DNA of 64,000 nucleotides from a plasmid. Position numbers and translations under genes: made by a program. Under the pieces are notes generated by a model, which searched no databases, had not been told where the DNA came from, and saw only the letters and a list, made by a program, of their open reading frames with translations. The DNA lies in the sequence record NZ_CP067423.1. One strand, 5' to 3'. Positions 1 to 8,823 of the stretch are shown here, one piece after another. Position 1 is the stretch's first letter, and each line of letters opens with the position of its first letter.

Positions 1-652
1 GCAGGCGGACCGGATGGTTTTCGCCGACAATGCAGAAGCGGGCGAACTGCAGCAGATCGTCATATTTGGCGGTACGGGTTCCGCCGCGTTCCTCGGTCTC
101 CTGTGTAACCATGCGGCGGATCGAGACGACGTTTCCCATATATTGCTCGAACTCGCGGATCGAACGCCGGAAGTGATCGAGCGCGCGATCGGCAAAGGTG
201 GTCGCGCGGGACTCATCGTCGGAATAGACATATTTGACGAGGCCGGACTTGCGCTTCTCCGGTTCGCGATAGGTCAGGATGATGGCGTGCTGGCTCTCAT
301 AGTGCCCGTCCGCCGCCTCAAAACGCTTGCGCCGTTCCTCATCGATCAGCGCACTTACCTTGTCGGGGAAATGGCAGTTGTCCCGGGCCGGATAGGCCGT
401 CGCCGGCACGCGCACGGCCTCGACCTGGATCATCCAGCCCGATCCGAGCCGGGCGAGAATGGCATTGATCTGGCGGCTGACCTCGTTGCGCTCGAAATCG
501 GTCGAGCTTTCGTTATCCGGACCGGCGAAATACCAGCCGGCCATCAGGCTCCCGTCCTTGAGCAAGAGCGTGCCGTTATCGATCAGGGCCGCATAGGGCA
601 GCAGGTCGGAGAAGGACGGGCCGGAATGACGAAATCGCTTGAGTGCAACCAT
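1..652 (-). CDS. trbE: conjugal transfer ATPase TrbE (VirB4 family), N-terminal ~217 codons; gene runs off window start
   Basis: Reverse complement from ATG at 652 reads MVALKRFRHSGPSFSDLLPYAALIDNGTLLLKDGSLMAGWYFAGPDNESSTDFERNEVSRQINAILARLGSGWMIQVEAVR, a canonical TrbE N-terminus. It starts 1-2 bp after the trbD stop. Absent from the ORF track because no stop lies in the window. Confidence 0.85.
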   Translation of the reverse strand, partial: MVALKRFRHSGPSFSDLLPYAALIDNGTLLLKDGSLMAGWYFAGPDNESSTDFERNEVSRQINAILARLGSGWMIQVEAVRVPATAYPARDNCHFPDKVSALIDEERRKRFEAADGHYESQHAIILTYREPEKRKSGLVKYVYSDDESRATTFADRALDHFRRSIREFEQYMGNVVSIRRMVTQETEERGGTRTAKYDDLLQFARFCIVGENHPVRL

Positions 653-655
653 AAG

Positions 656-955
656 TCAGAACGTCCGCCAGGGCGTGGAGGTCGGCCGGTAGTAGGGGCG
701 GTATCTGATGTGGCGCAGGTAGACGCGGCGCATCAGGGGATCGGCTTTCGCCATCATGCGCAGTAGCCCGACAACCACGATCCAGATGACCGTGCCGAGC
801 AGCGCCGATACGGTCGTCAGGATGACGAAGACGAGAATGACCGCGGCGAGCCCGGTCAGAAGCACGAGCTCACGGTCAGCCCCAAAGAGCAGCGTCGGAC
901 GCGAAAGGGCACGGTGTATCCGCGCCGTCGCCAGCCGGCTTTCCCTTTCAGCCAT
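656..955 (-). CDS. trbD: conjugal transfer protein TrbD (VirB3-like), ~99 aa
   Basis: Internal ATG of the 656..1096 ORF gives [46 protein letters not shown], a TrbD-like membrane protein. It sits between trbC and trbE as in Ti/IncP trb operons. Confidence 0.85.
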   Translation of the reverse strand: MAERESRLATARIHRALSRPTLLFGADRELVLLTGLAAVILVFVILTTVSALLGTVIWIVVVGLLRMMAKADPLMRRVYLRHIRYRPYYRPTSTPWRTF

Positions 956-1319
956 GCGGGGCAACCACCGGCTCTTGTTCGTGCGCCTCCAGCGGGACGC
1001 CGATGGACGAACCGCTGGAGCCGAACAGGCCGACGATTTGCGTTGCACCGAGCAGGATGCCGGCGACGAGTACGATGTAGCAGAGCCTCCGCGCAAAATC
1101 GTTCAACTCGCCGCCGAAGATCAACATGCCGCCGGCAATGGCGACCGCGGCGAGCGCGATAGCGCCAGCGACCGGGCCGGTGATGGATTCCTGAATCTGT
1201 TCCAGAGGCCCTTCCCAGGGCAGGCCCCCTCCCCCGCCGCTGGCGAGCGCCGGTTCGATCATGACGAGCGATGCGGCCGCGAGGCCGAGCAGGAGCGTGA
1301 AAGCCTTCTTAGACGACAT
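948..1319 (-). CDS. trbC: TrbC pilin precursor (VirB2-like)
   Basis: 123-aa product with a signal peptide ending ALASGGGGG, two hydrophobic segments and a PWEGPL motif typical of TrbC/VirB2. It lies between trbB and trbD. Confidence 0.85.
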   Translation of the reverse strand: MSSKKAFTLLLGLAAASLVMIEPALASGGGGGLPWEGPLEQIQESITGPVAGAIALAAVAIAGGMLIFGGELNDFARRLCYIVLVAGILLGATQIVGLFGSSGSSIGVPLEAHEQEPVVAPHG

Positions 1320-2292
1320 GAAGATTTCTTCCCTGGATGGATTCGGATTTCGACGCGCCGACCGGCGAGGTGAGGTATCGCCCGTCGCGAAAGCCTTCGA
1401 CCTTCAGGATCTCGCGAACGGTTCGCCCGCCGGGCGCGCGCTCGATCGAGACGATCAGGTCGACCGCCTCTCCGATGACTTCCGGCATAGGCTGGGAGCT
1501 GACTTCGGCAACGAGCTGTTCAAGACGGGTAAGAGCGGCGCCGGCCGAGTTCGAGTGAACCGTCGCGATGCCGCCCGGATGGCCGGTGTTCCATGCCTTC
1601 AAGAGAGTGAGGGCAGCGCCGTCGCGAACCTCGCCCACGATGATGCGATCCGGACGCAGCCGCATCGTCGACTTCAATAGACGGCCCATATCGACCGTGT
1701 CTGTGGTGTGCAGGATCACATGATTTTCCGCCGCGCACTGGATCTCGGCAGTGTCTTCCAGGATCACCAGCCGGTGCTCCGGCGTCGTCTCGACCAGCTC
1801 CGCCAGGATTGCATTGGTGAGCGTGGTCTTGCCCGTTCCAGTGCCTCCCGACACTACGATATTGAGCCGGTTCACGATCGAATCGCGGATCACATCAACC
1901 TGCTCGGGCGTCATGATGCCGTCGGCGACATACTGATCGAGGCGGATCAGCATCGACGCGCGCTTGCGGATCGTGAACATCGGCGCAGGCGCGGCCGGTG
2001 GCAAAATCCCCTCAAAGCGATGTCCGCCAAGGGGCAATTCCCCGGAAATAATCGGTCGGTCCTGGTCGACTTCGGTCTTGAGGGCGTGGGCGACTTTGCC
2101 GATGACGGTCTCGGCGTCATGGGAGGCCATCCGCCCCGCCGCCGCTATCCCCTGCCCTACCCGCTCGATAAATAGATTGCCGTCGGGGTTGAGCATGACC
2201 TCCACAACGTCGGGGTCATGGAGCGCTGTCGTGACCGTGGCGCCAAGTGCGTCCTGCAGACCGAGGATCAGCCGTCGTTTCGACTCGCTCAT
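1309..2292 (-). CDS. trbB: conjugal transfer ATPase TrbB (VirB11/GspE family)
   Basis: Walker [13 protein letters not shown] plus VirB11-type motifs. The likely true start is [17 protein letters not shown] (ATG at 2292); the ORF track extends it 68 codons upstream. It starts 28 bp downstream of traI. Confidence 0.9.
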   Translation of the reverse strand: MSESKRRLILGLQDALGATVTTALHDPDVVEVMLNPDGNLFIERVGQGIAAAGRMASHDAETVIGKVAHALKTEVDQDRPIISGELPLGGHRFEGILPPAAPAPMFTIRKRASMLIRLDQYVADGIMTPEQVDVIRDSIVNRLNIVVSGGTGTGKTTLTNAILAELVETTPEHRLVILEDTAEIQCAAENHVILHTTDTVDMGRLLKSTMRLRPDRIIVGEVRDGAALTLLKAWNTGHPGGIATVHSNSAGAALTRLEQLVAEVSSQPMPEVIGEAVDLIVSIERAPGGRTVREILKVEGFRDGRYLTSPVGASKSESIQGRNLHVV

Positions 2293-2320
2293 GAACCGCC
2301 CTCCTGCCCGGCTGCTTTGG

Positions 2321-2950
2321 TCAGGCCGCGGCTTCCACAGCGGCCGGGAAGAGGGAGACGTAGCTCGACGGCCGCACCAGCTCGAGACTGGGTTCGTCGG
2401 CAGATAAGAGGCCCGCGACAGCAATGGTATTGCCAATAGGATGTGGAGACCCGAGCCGCTCCAGTGGCCACTTCGCTCGGCTGAGAATGCGCTCAAACCG
2501 AACGTCCGTCACCGTGACGATCCGGTCGTACCCATTGGCCATCGACCATTCAATGATGCCGGCGAACAAGGTATGCGTGGCGTCGCGCAGTCCGCTCGCG
2601 GAGACGATTTCGCTGCGTTCGGTGTCGATGCAAAAGCGCGAGCTCTCGACGACGCGGCTCGATTGGGGCATGCGAGCAGCGCCCGCCAGAAACGGAAATA
2701 TCTGACCGAGCATCGTCGGTCCGGTGGACGAAAGGAGGCGGGCGCAACCGATCACGTGACCATCGTTGCCGACGAGCACGAGATAGGTCGGATCGAGCCG
2801 GTCGTACTCGTCCTTTTCCTGGTTGTGCTCTACGTGGACGTCCCAGTCTAACCTGTGTTTGAAGACCCTTGCGCGCAGTTCGTGCATGCGCTCGAGCAGA
2901 CGTTGCTCACTACTTGTAGCCCTCGTACGGCAAATGGCGACGACGCGCAT
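2321..2950 (-). CDS. traI: acyl-homoserine-lactone synthase (LuxI family, TraI-like)
   Basis: 209-aa product aligns along its length with Ti-plasmid TraI (RLDWDV, SRFC, FAGIIEWSMANGY, RFERIL). It is the first gene of the traI-trbBCDE operon. Confidence 0.9.
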   Translation of the reverse strand: MRVVAICRTRATSSEQRLLERMHELRARVFKHRLDWDVHVEHNQEKDEYDRLDPTYLVLVGNDGHVIGCARLLSSTGPTMLGQIFPFLAGAARMPQSSRVVESSRFCIDTERSEIVSASGLRDATHTLFAGIIEWSMANGYDRIVTVTDVRFERILSRAKWPLERLGSPHPIGNTIAVAGLLSADEPSLELVRPSSYVSLFPAAVEAAA

Positions 2951-3012
2951 GACCCAATCCTTAACCCATTGAATTGCGGTCTCTTGAATCCCGTACGGCC
3001 GCGCACCACCAG

Positions 3013-3028
3013 CTGTGAAAAGTCACAG
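3013..3028. promoter_or_regulatory. tra/lux-box-like dyad CTGTGA-aaag-TCACAG upstream of traI
   Basis: 16-bp dyad (6-bp arms, 4-bp spacer) 63-78 bp upstream of the traI start codon, in the traI / luxR-homologue divergent spacer. TGTG..CACA resembles the tra box. Confidence 0.4.
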
Positions 3029-3103
3029 GGGATCGACAGTCGTCGCCGTGATAGACAGGGGGGAGTGCCGAGGGGCCGTTGCCGCATTTATGGCTGAATT
3101 GCG

Positions 3104-3865
3104 ATGCAACGCGAAATTGCGACTACCCGAATTGAGGACAAAAACACCCGGAGAGGATCGTTGCCGAGCAAAGCCTTCGACCAGTTGCGAGACGCACTAG
3201 AAACGGCCCATGGGATGGCGCCTGTCAAAGCCGCGGTGAAGGAGTTCGCCGGCCAATTGGGGTTTGACTGGTTCGCCTATCTCTCGGTTTGTGGGCCGGA
3301 GATCGACACGTTTTCGACGTACCCGCGCGCATGGCAAGGCCACTATATCAACAAGAAATACGCGAGCATCGATCCCGTCGTGCAGGAAGCCCGCCGTTCT
3401 GAACGCTGCTTTGCGTGGTCCGAACGCGACATTGCACGGGCATTATCGCCGGATCAGGTGCGCTTCCTCGGAGAAGCCGGGGATCATGGTATCGCATCGG
3501 GGATATCTGTGCCCGTGTCGGCCGGGTTCGGCCGGACTGTGTTATTCACGCTTGCGTCGTCGAACCGGTGTGACAATTGCCTGGTAGAATGCCCCTTCCT
3601 TGCCGCTTCGATTGCATCGCACGTGGATGTCTATGCGCGGCGCTGGATGCTCGAGCCAATGCCTGCTGTCACCGTCAAGTTAAGCCCTAGAGAGAGGCTC
3701 TGCCTGAGCTGGATGGCAAAAGGCAAGCGCATGTCCGAAATCGCGCAAATCGTCGGGACGAAAGTCCGGACGGTCGAGTATCACCTGCAAAATGCTCGGC
3801 GGAAGCTCGATGCCACCAACGTCACCCACGCCGTCGCGCTTGCAGTGCGTCAACAGTTGATCTGA
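3104..3865 (+). CDS. traR: LuxR-family AHL-responsive transcriptional activator (TraR-like)
   Basis: Autoinducer-binding region aligns with TraR (FAGQLGFDWFAYLSV, YINKKYASIDPVVQEARR) and there is a C-terminal LuxR HTH (SPRERLCLSWMAKGKRMSEIAQIVGTKVRTVEYHLQNARRKL). The start is uncertain; alignment suggests a non-ATG start near 3160. Confidence 0.8.
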   Translation: MQREIATTRIEDKNTRRGSLPSKAFDQLRDALETAHGMAPVKAAVKEFAGQLGFDWFAYLSVCGPEIDTFSTYPRAWQGHYINKKYASIDPVVQEARRSERCFAWSERDIARALSPDQVRFLGEAGDHGIASGISVPVSAGFGRTVLFTLASSNRCDNCLVECPFLAASIASHVDVYARRWMLEPMPAVTVKLSPRERLCLSWMAKGKRMSEIAQIVGTKVRTVEYHLQNARRKLDATNVTHAVALAVRQQLI

Positions 3866-4117
3866 TCCAGGCCGGTCGCGGGAGGGCCTTTCCGCCTCTA
3901 CTTCGTGTTGTGCTTGCCGGCGGCAAAAGAGTCATCCGCGATGGCGCCGTCGCCCCCTACCCTGCCCGGCTGTTTTGAGGCTTATTCGGCTTCGCGTCCT
4001 GATCGGCGGCCGATATCGGCAGGGAGATCGGCAACTAATATCGGCAATTGTGCTGACTTATTGCGTCCAATGCCTTACATTGCAATCCGTTGAGGCACCA
4101 TTGAGATCGGCAAAAGA

Positions 4118-5347
4118 ATGCTTGAAACCCCTGCCCGCATCGAGCCGCTGTTTTTTGACGACGCGGTGCCGACCGTTCTGGCCGATCTTGCGATCGAGCT
4201 GCAGAAGGCCGCCGATGAACTCGGCCGAGGCCTGCATCCGGAGTCGGCTGACGAATTGGCCGATCTCGTACGAGTCATGAATTCTTACTATTCGAATTTG
4301 ATCGAAGGCCACAACACACGACCTCGAGATATCGAGAGCGCCCTGGCCGGCGCCGAGATAGATCCCGAACGTCGTCCCCTCGCCCTCGAGGCGAAGGCCC
4401 ATGTCGAAGTTCAGAGGATGATTGACGGCTTCGGGTTGCGCGGCGAGCTGCCGAGCCCGACTTCGATCGATTTCATTCGGTGGGTTCATCGCGCCTTCTA
4501 CGACGAGATGCCCGAGGAATTCCGGTTCATCGACAAACCTGATGGCGCCAAGGCCGAGATCCTACCCGGCGAGTTCCGGACGTCCGCGGAACATGATGTC
4601 GCTGTCGGGCGCCATCAGCCGCCATCTTCTGACAGGGTGATAGCTTTCATGGAGTATTTCCAGAAGCGGTTCGCCATGGCCGAAAAGCAGGCCAGCCTGC
4701 GGATCATCGCGATTGCGTCAGCTCATCACCGCCTCAACTACATTCACCCGTTTCCAGACGGCAACGGCCGCGTCAGTCGCTTGATGTCTCACGCCATGGC
4801 GCTCAAGGCCGGTATTGGAGGCAACGGCCTGTGGTCGATATCTCGTGGCCTCGCTCGTGGCCTGAAAGATCGTGGCGAATACAAGCGCATGATGGATCAC
4901 GCCGACAGTCCCAGACAAGGCGATCGTGATGGACGAGGAAATCTTTCGGAATCGGCACTCAAGGATTTCGTCGAATGGTTCCTTACAGTCGCGCTCGACC
5001 AGGTGCGGTTCTCGACCGCAATGTTCGACCTCGGGCGGCTCGATGCTCGCTACCGCGCCCTAATAAAAGATGTCGTCGACGATAAACGAGCACCTGATCT
5101 GGTGGCGGCCGTGTTGCGGCACGGCAGGTTGCCCCGTGGTGAAGCCAATTTCGTGCTGAAAACATCCGAGCGCACGGCACGGAGCACGCTGTCGGATCTT
5201 GTCGAGCGCGGTTTTCTGAAATCTGAAACTCCGAAGGCACCGGTACGTATTGCCTTCCCCCTCGATTTCAGGGAACGGCTGTTTCCGAATCTCTTCACCG
5301 ATGTCGAACCCAATGTCCCGGAACCGCCTTCACTGTCTTTCAGATGA
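4118..5347 (+). CDS. Fic/DOC-family protein (putative AMPylator) with C-terminal winged-helix-like extension
   Basis: Carries the Fic motif HPFPDGNGRVSR (HPFx[D/E]GNGR) within a 409-aa product. Confidence 0.85.
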   Translation: MLETPARIEPLFFDDAVPTVLADLAIELQKAADELGRGLHPESADELADLVRVMNSYYSNLIEGHNTRPRDIESALAGAEIDPERRPLALEAKAHVEVQRMIDGFGLRGELPSPTSIDFIRWVHRAFYDEMPEEFRFIDKPDGAKAEILPGEFRTSAEHDVAVGRHQPPSSDRVIAFMEYFQKRFAMAEKQASLRIIAIASAHHRLNYIHPFPDGNGRVSRLMSHAMALKAGIGGNGLWSISRGLARGLKDRGEYKRMMDHADSPRQGDRDGRGNLSESALKDFVEWFLTVALDQVRFSTAMFDLGRLDARYRALIKDVVDDKRAPDLVAAVLRHGRLPRGEANFVLKTSERTARSTLSDLVERGFLKSETPKAPVRIAFPLDFRERLFPNLFTDVEPNVPEPPSLSFR

Positions 5348-5507
5348 GTGGAATTTCAGGAGTGACAACCGGAATGACTCCGGCCGTCCCCGCTCAGAGA
5401 GTAGAACACTGCCTTCGGTCAGCCGAATATCGACAATGCCGGTCCTATGCTGCTGTGCAAGCCCGTTGTAGCCGCGGCAACAATTGCCGTGATTATGGGC
5501 CCCTGGA

Positions 5508-5768
5508 CTAGAATGTGACCTTGGCAGTGACGGGCGTGTAGCCCCGTCCGACCCTACGGGCGAGCCAGGCCTCGAGCGCTTCGCCGGCTTCAGCGGCCGA
5601 CGCATAGAGGTCAAGGCGTTGTCGGCCGAGCGAGCCGATCCGCCCCCACGCGCGCATAAGCGCCGCATCACCGTACAGTGACGGTTCTATCGCGAGTACA
5701 TAAAACCGCGCAACGTTGCGAGCGCAATCGCGGCGTTGAAGGACAACTTGAAGCTTCGGCTCGACCAT
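5508..5768 (-). CDS. WGR-domain protein (86 aa)
   Basis: WGRIG motif with surrounding small all-domain architecture typical of stand-alone WGR proteins on plasmids. Confidence 0.65.
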   Translation of the reverse strand: MVEPKLQVVLQRRDCARNVARFYVLAIEPSLYGDAALMRAWGRIGSLGRQRLDLYASAAEAGEALEAWLARRVGRGYTPVTAKVTF

Positions 5769-6329
5769 GTCTGATTGTCATCGACTTCCGGTACCCACGT
5801 CCAATTCATTGGCTGAATCGTTTGGGCGTGAGGGATTCACGTCGGTGATAATTGCCTCTCTGACGGGAAAGACGATCGACCGGAGGGTTGTCTAGTTGCT
5901 TCCGTTTCCCGTCGGCCCATGGACTTGTGGCAGCCTGACAAACACGCGTTGGGCAATTTTGAGCCACCACGCTGGGCGCTGCATAGCCGGCTAAGAGTCA
6001 TCTGTTCATGGGTGAAGGTGAGTCGCCCCAAAGGAGCGGCGGTCACGCCCACTCACTCGGTTTGACGCCATCCACCACTGTGAAACTTCTCAGGGTGCTG
6101 CATGGACCGAGCCAGCGGCATGTGGCATTGAAGGTTCTCGCGGATTGACCAACCGCGGAGAAACTAAGCGATTGAAAAATCGATGGAAAATGTACGCGCC
6201 GACGCCGCGATTCCGGACTGTGAGGCTCCGCTGAGTGATCTTGTTGGCGTGGACCTGGGCATGTCGTTAAGGTTTCGTTAACCTAAAATCCCTTGCCAGA
6301 GAACGGGAATCGCTCATACTGGCGCCAGA

Positions 6330-7571
6330 TTGGCCGAAAGGTCGAATATGGCGCTATTTTCTCGTTTGGGGGACAAAGCGGAGATGGCATTTCTCCCAAG
6401 TTTTGAGTTTGACGACAAGATCCTTGCCCAGGGGGCCGAGATCTCGCGCAAGCTCGACCAATTGCGCGTCGAGAAGTTTCCGACCGAGGGGCAGAAGACC
6501 CTTCGGCGGTTCTCGATGGCCGAGGTCGCCCACTATCTTGGTATCAGTCCGAACAATCTGAAGCGCCTCCATCTTGAAAAGAAAGGTCCTGAGCCTTTCG
6601 TCGGTGCCGGCGGACGGCGCTTTTACGCGGCCGAGCAGATGACCGAGCTTCGGGACTATCTCGACAAGCACGGGCGATCGGATTCCAAGAAGTATGTGCC
6701 CTACCGCAAACCTGGCGAGAAGCTGCAGGTCATTGCGGTCGTCAACTTCAAGGGTGGATCGGGAAAGACCACCACCACGGCGCACCTCGCGCAGCATTTG
6801 GCGCTCACCGGTCACCGGGTCCTGACGGTGGATCTCGATCCGCAGGCTTCGCTTTCAGCCCTCCATGGCTTCCAGCCGGAGCTCGACAAGAACCCCTCGC
6901 TCTACGACGCGATCCGGTACGACAACCCCGCCCCGGCCGAAGATGTCATCCGCAAGACGAACTTCCCCTTGCTCGATATCATCCCGGCGAACCTGGAGCT
7001 GCAGGAATATGAGTACGAGACTCCGCTTGCCATGCAGTCTCCGTCTCAGGAAGGAAAGCGGTTCTTCACGAGGGTCGCCCGGGCGTTGGATTCGGTCAGT
7101 GAGCGCTACGACGTCGTGGTCGTCGATTGCCCTCCACAGCTCGGCTATCTGACGCTGTCGGCACTGTCGGCCGCCACCTCGGTTCTGATTACCGTCCACC
7201 CGCAGATGCTGGATCTGATGTCTATGAGTCAGTTTCTGCTGATGCTGGGCAATATCATGAAGTCCATCAAGAATGCTGGCGCGAAGGTCCAGCTGGACTG
7301 GCTGCGCTATCTCATCACCCGATACGAGCCCACGGACATTCCCCAGGCACAGATGGTCGGCTTCATGCAGTCGATGCTTGCCGAGGAAATTCTGAAAAGC
7401 CCAATGCTCAAATCCACGGCGATTTCTGACGCCGGCCTCACCAAGCAGACGCTCTATGAGGTCGAGCGATCGAACTTCAATCGCGATACCTATGATCGGG
7501 CGATCGACAGCATGGATGCCGTGAACTTCGAGATTCAGGGACTGATCCACCAGGCATGGGGGCGGTTGTGA
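6330..7571 (+). CDS. repA: RepA, ParA-family partitioning ATPase of the repABC cassette
   Basis: Deviant Walker A VVNFKGGSGKTTTTAHLA and a long N-terminal extension typical of repABC RepA. First gene of repA-repB-repC in the same orientation. Confidence 0.9.
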   Translation: MAERSNMALFSRLGDKAEMAFLPSFEFDDKILAQGAEISRKLDQLRVEKFPTEGQKTLRRFSMAEVAHYLGISPNNLKRLHLEKKGPEPFVGAGGRRFYAAEQMTELRDYLDKHGRSDSKKYVPYRKPGEKLQVIAVVNFKGGSGKTTTTAHLAQHLALTGHRVLTVDLDPQASLSALHGFQPELDKNPSLYDAIRYDNPAPAEDVIRKTNFPLLDIIPANLELQEYEYETPLAMQSPSQEGKRFFTRVARALDSVSERYDVVVVDCPPQLGYLTLSALSAATSVLITVHPQMLDLMSMSQFLLMLGNIMKSIKNAGAKVQLDWLRYLITRYEPTDIPQAQMVGFMQSMLAEEILKSPMLKSTAISDAGLTKQTLYEVERSNFNRDTYDRAIDSMDAVNFEIQGLIHQAWGRL

Positions 7572-7572
7572 T

Positions 7573-7588
7573 GTTGACTGCCGTCAAA
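7573..7588. promoter_or_regulatory. candidate parS-like centromere dyad (TTGACtgccGTCAA) in the repA-repB spacer
   Basis: Imperfect dyad GTTGACTGCCGTCAAAAC loosely matches the repABC parS consensus GTTNNCNGCNGNNAAC. Some repABC plasmids place parS between repA and repB. Confidence 0.3.
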
Positions 7589-7646
7589 ACCACCAAAAAA
7601 ACCCACGGTTTCAAGCGCATAAGCCGCTTAAGGGGGTGCTAGTCAA

Positions 7647-8657
7647 ATGGCGCGGAAAAATCCCTTTGCCAGCATCATGGACAACGGCGACGCTCCCGCC
7701 GAGCGCCCGGTCGCGCAAGACTACACCTTCAAGGGGGCATCACGCTCGCTCATAAGCTCGATCGACGAAATGGCGGCTCAGGCAGGCAAGCTGCTCGAGG
7801 GCGAGACGATAATCGAGGTTAACCCCGACCTGGTGGACCAATCTTTCGCCAACGACCGGCTCAACGTCGATCAGGAAGATTACGAGGCCGACTACGCTCA
7901 GGTGTTGGAGTCGATCCGTGGTTCCGGCCAGAACTCCCCGGCGCTCCTTCGCCCTCACCCGCAGCGGCCCGGCCGCTACATGCTGGTCTTCGGTCGCCTC
8001 CGCTGGCGCGCCGCAAAAGAGCTTGGTCTCAAGCTTCGCGCTGTCATCAAGGATATCTCCGAGCGCGATCATGTGATCGCCCAGGGACAGGAAAACAACG
8101 CGCGAGCGAACACGTCCTTCATCGAGAAAGCACTGTTTGCCGCCGACATCGTTGAGCGGAAATTCGACGAGGACAACGCCACAGCCCTCGCCGCAATCGG
8201 TGTCGATCGGCCGACGCTTTCAAAGATGCTCTCTGTCGCCTCGATGCCCAAGGAACTTCTCGAGGCGATCGGCCGCGCGAAGGCTGTCGGTCGTGATCGC
8301 TGGTATGAGCTCAAGCTCCTCCTCGACAAGCCGGGCAATCTCGACACTGCCCTGGCTCTGGCATTGAGTTCCGATTGGCATGGGATGCCAAGCGAAGCGC
8401 GGTTCGATGCGGTCGTCACGAAGCTGAAGGCATCCAAGCCGCGCCGCCGTGCCGCGCAGGCGCCATCCAAACGCAACTGGGCGCCGTCTGATGGGCGTAT
8501 CGCCGCGGAGATGGTGGCCAGTGGCAAGAAATTCACCATCGCCCTCAAGGCGAAGGGAACCGACGCAGCAGCGTTCGGTGACTACCTCTCGGAAAATCTC
8601 AGCGAGTTGTATGAGGCTTTCCGTCGGGAAAAACGAGCAACCACGAACGGAGATTGA
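7647..8657 (+). CDS. repB: RepB, ParB-family partitioning protein
   Basis: 336-aa product with ParB-like central region, between repA and repC. Confidence 0.9.
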   Translation: MARKNPFASIMDNGDAPAERPVAQDYTFKGASRSLISSIDEMAAQAGKLLEGETIIEVNPDLVDQSFANDRLNVDQEDYEADYAQVLESIRGSGQNSPALLRPHPQRPGRYMLVFGRLRWRAAKELGLKLRAVIKDISERDHVIAQGQENNARANTSFIEKALFAADIVERKFDEDNATALAAIGVDRPTLSKMLSVASMPKELLEAIGRAKAVGRDRWYELKLLLDKPGNLDTALALALSSDWHGMPSEARFDAVVTKLKASKPRRRAAQAPSKRNWAPSDGRIAAEMVASGKKFTIALKAKGTDAAAFGDYLSENLSELYEAFRREKRATTNGD

Positions 8658-8664
8658 GCGCAAA

Positions 8665-8745
8665 AGAAAAAGGCCCCCGAAACGGCAATTCCGGAAGACC
8701 TTCTCTTTAAGTTTGGCGACTGAGAGAATCCCACTTCCGCGAATC
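8665..8745 (-). ncRNA. predicted counter-transcribed antisense RNA (ctRNA) of repABC in the repB-repC spacer
   Basis: 166-bp repB-repC spacer. On the minus strand a GC hairpin (cggaattgccgtttcgggggcc) is followed by a T-run (tttttctttt), giving a rho-independent terminator pointing toward repB, as expected for the repABC ctRNA. Confidence 0.45.
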
Positions 8746-8823
8746 ATAGTCAAGACCATTCAGGTCGGTTTGAGCGCCGATTCGGCGAGCAGGTTTCTTT
8801 TGCCTAGCAATAGGTGAAGGACA

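Noticed and set aside
14-766. 250-aa plus-strand ORF at the window start
   Set aside because: It is antisense to the clearly identifiable trbE N-terminus (MVALKRFRHSGPSF… on the minus strand). Long open antisense frames are expected at ~65% GC.
3905-4093. Small ORFs 3905..4093 and 3975..4280 upstream of fic as candidate antitoxin
   Set aside because: Cys/Arg-rich, overlapping each other and the fic start, with no antitoxin-like features. Probably non-coding leader.
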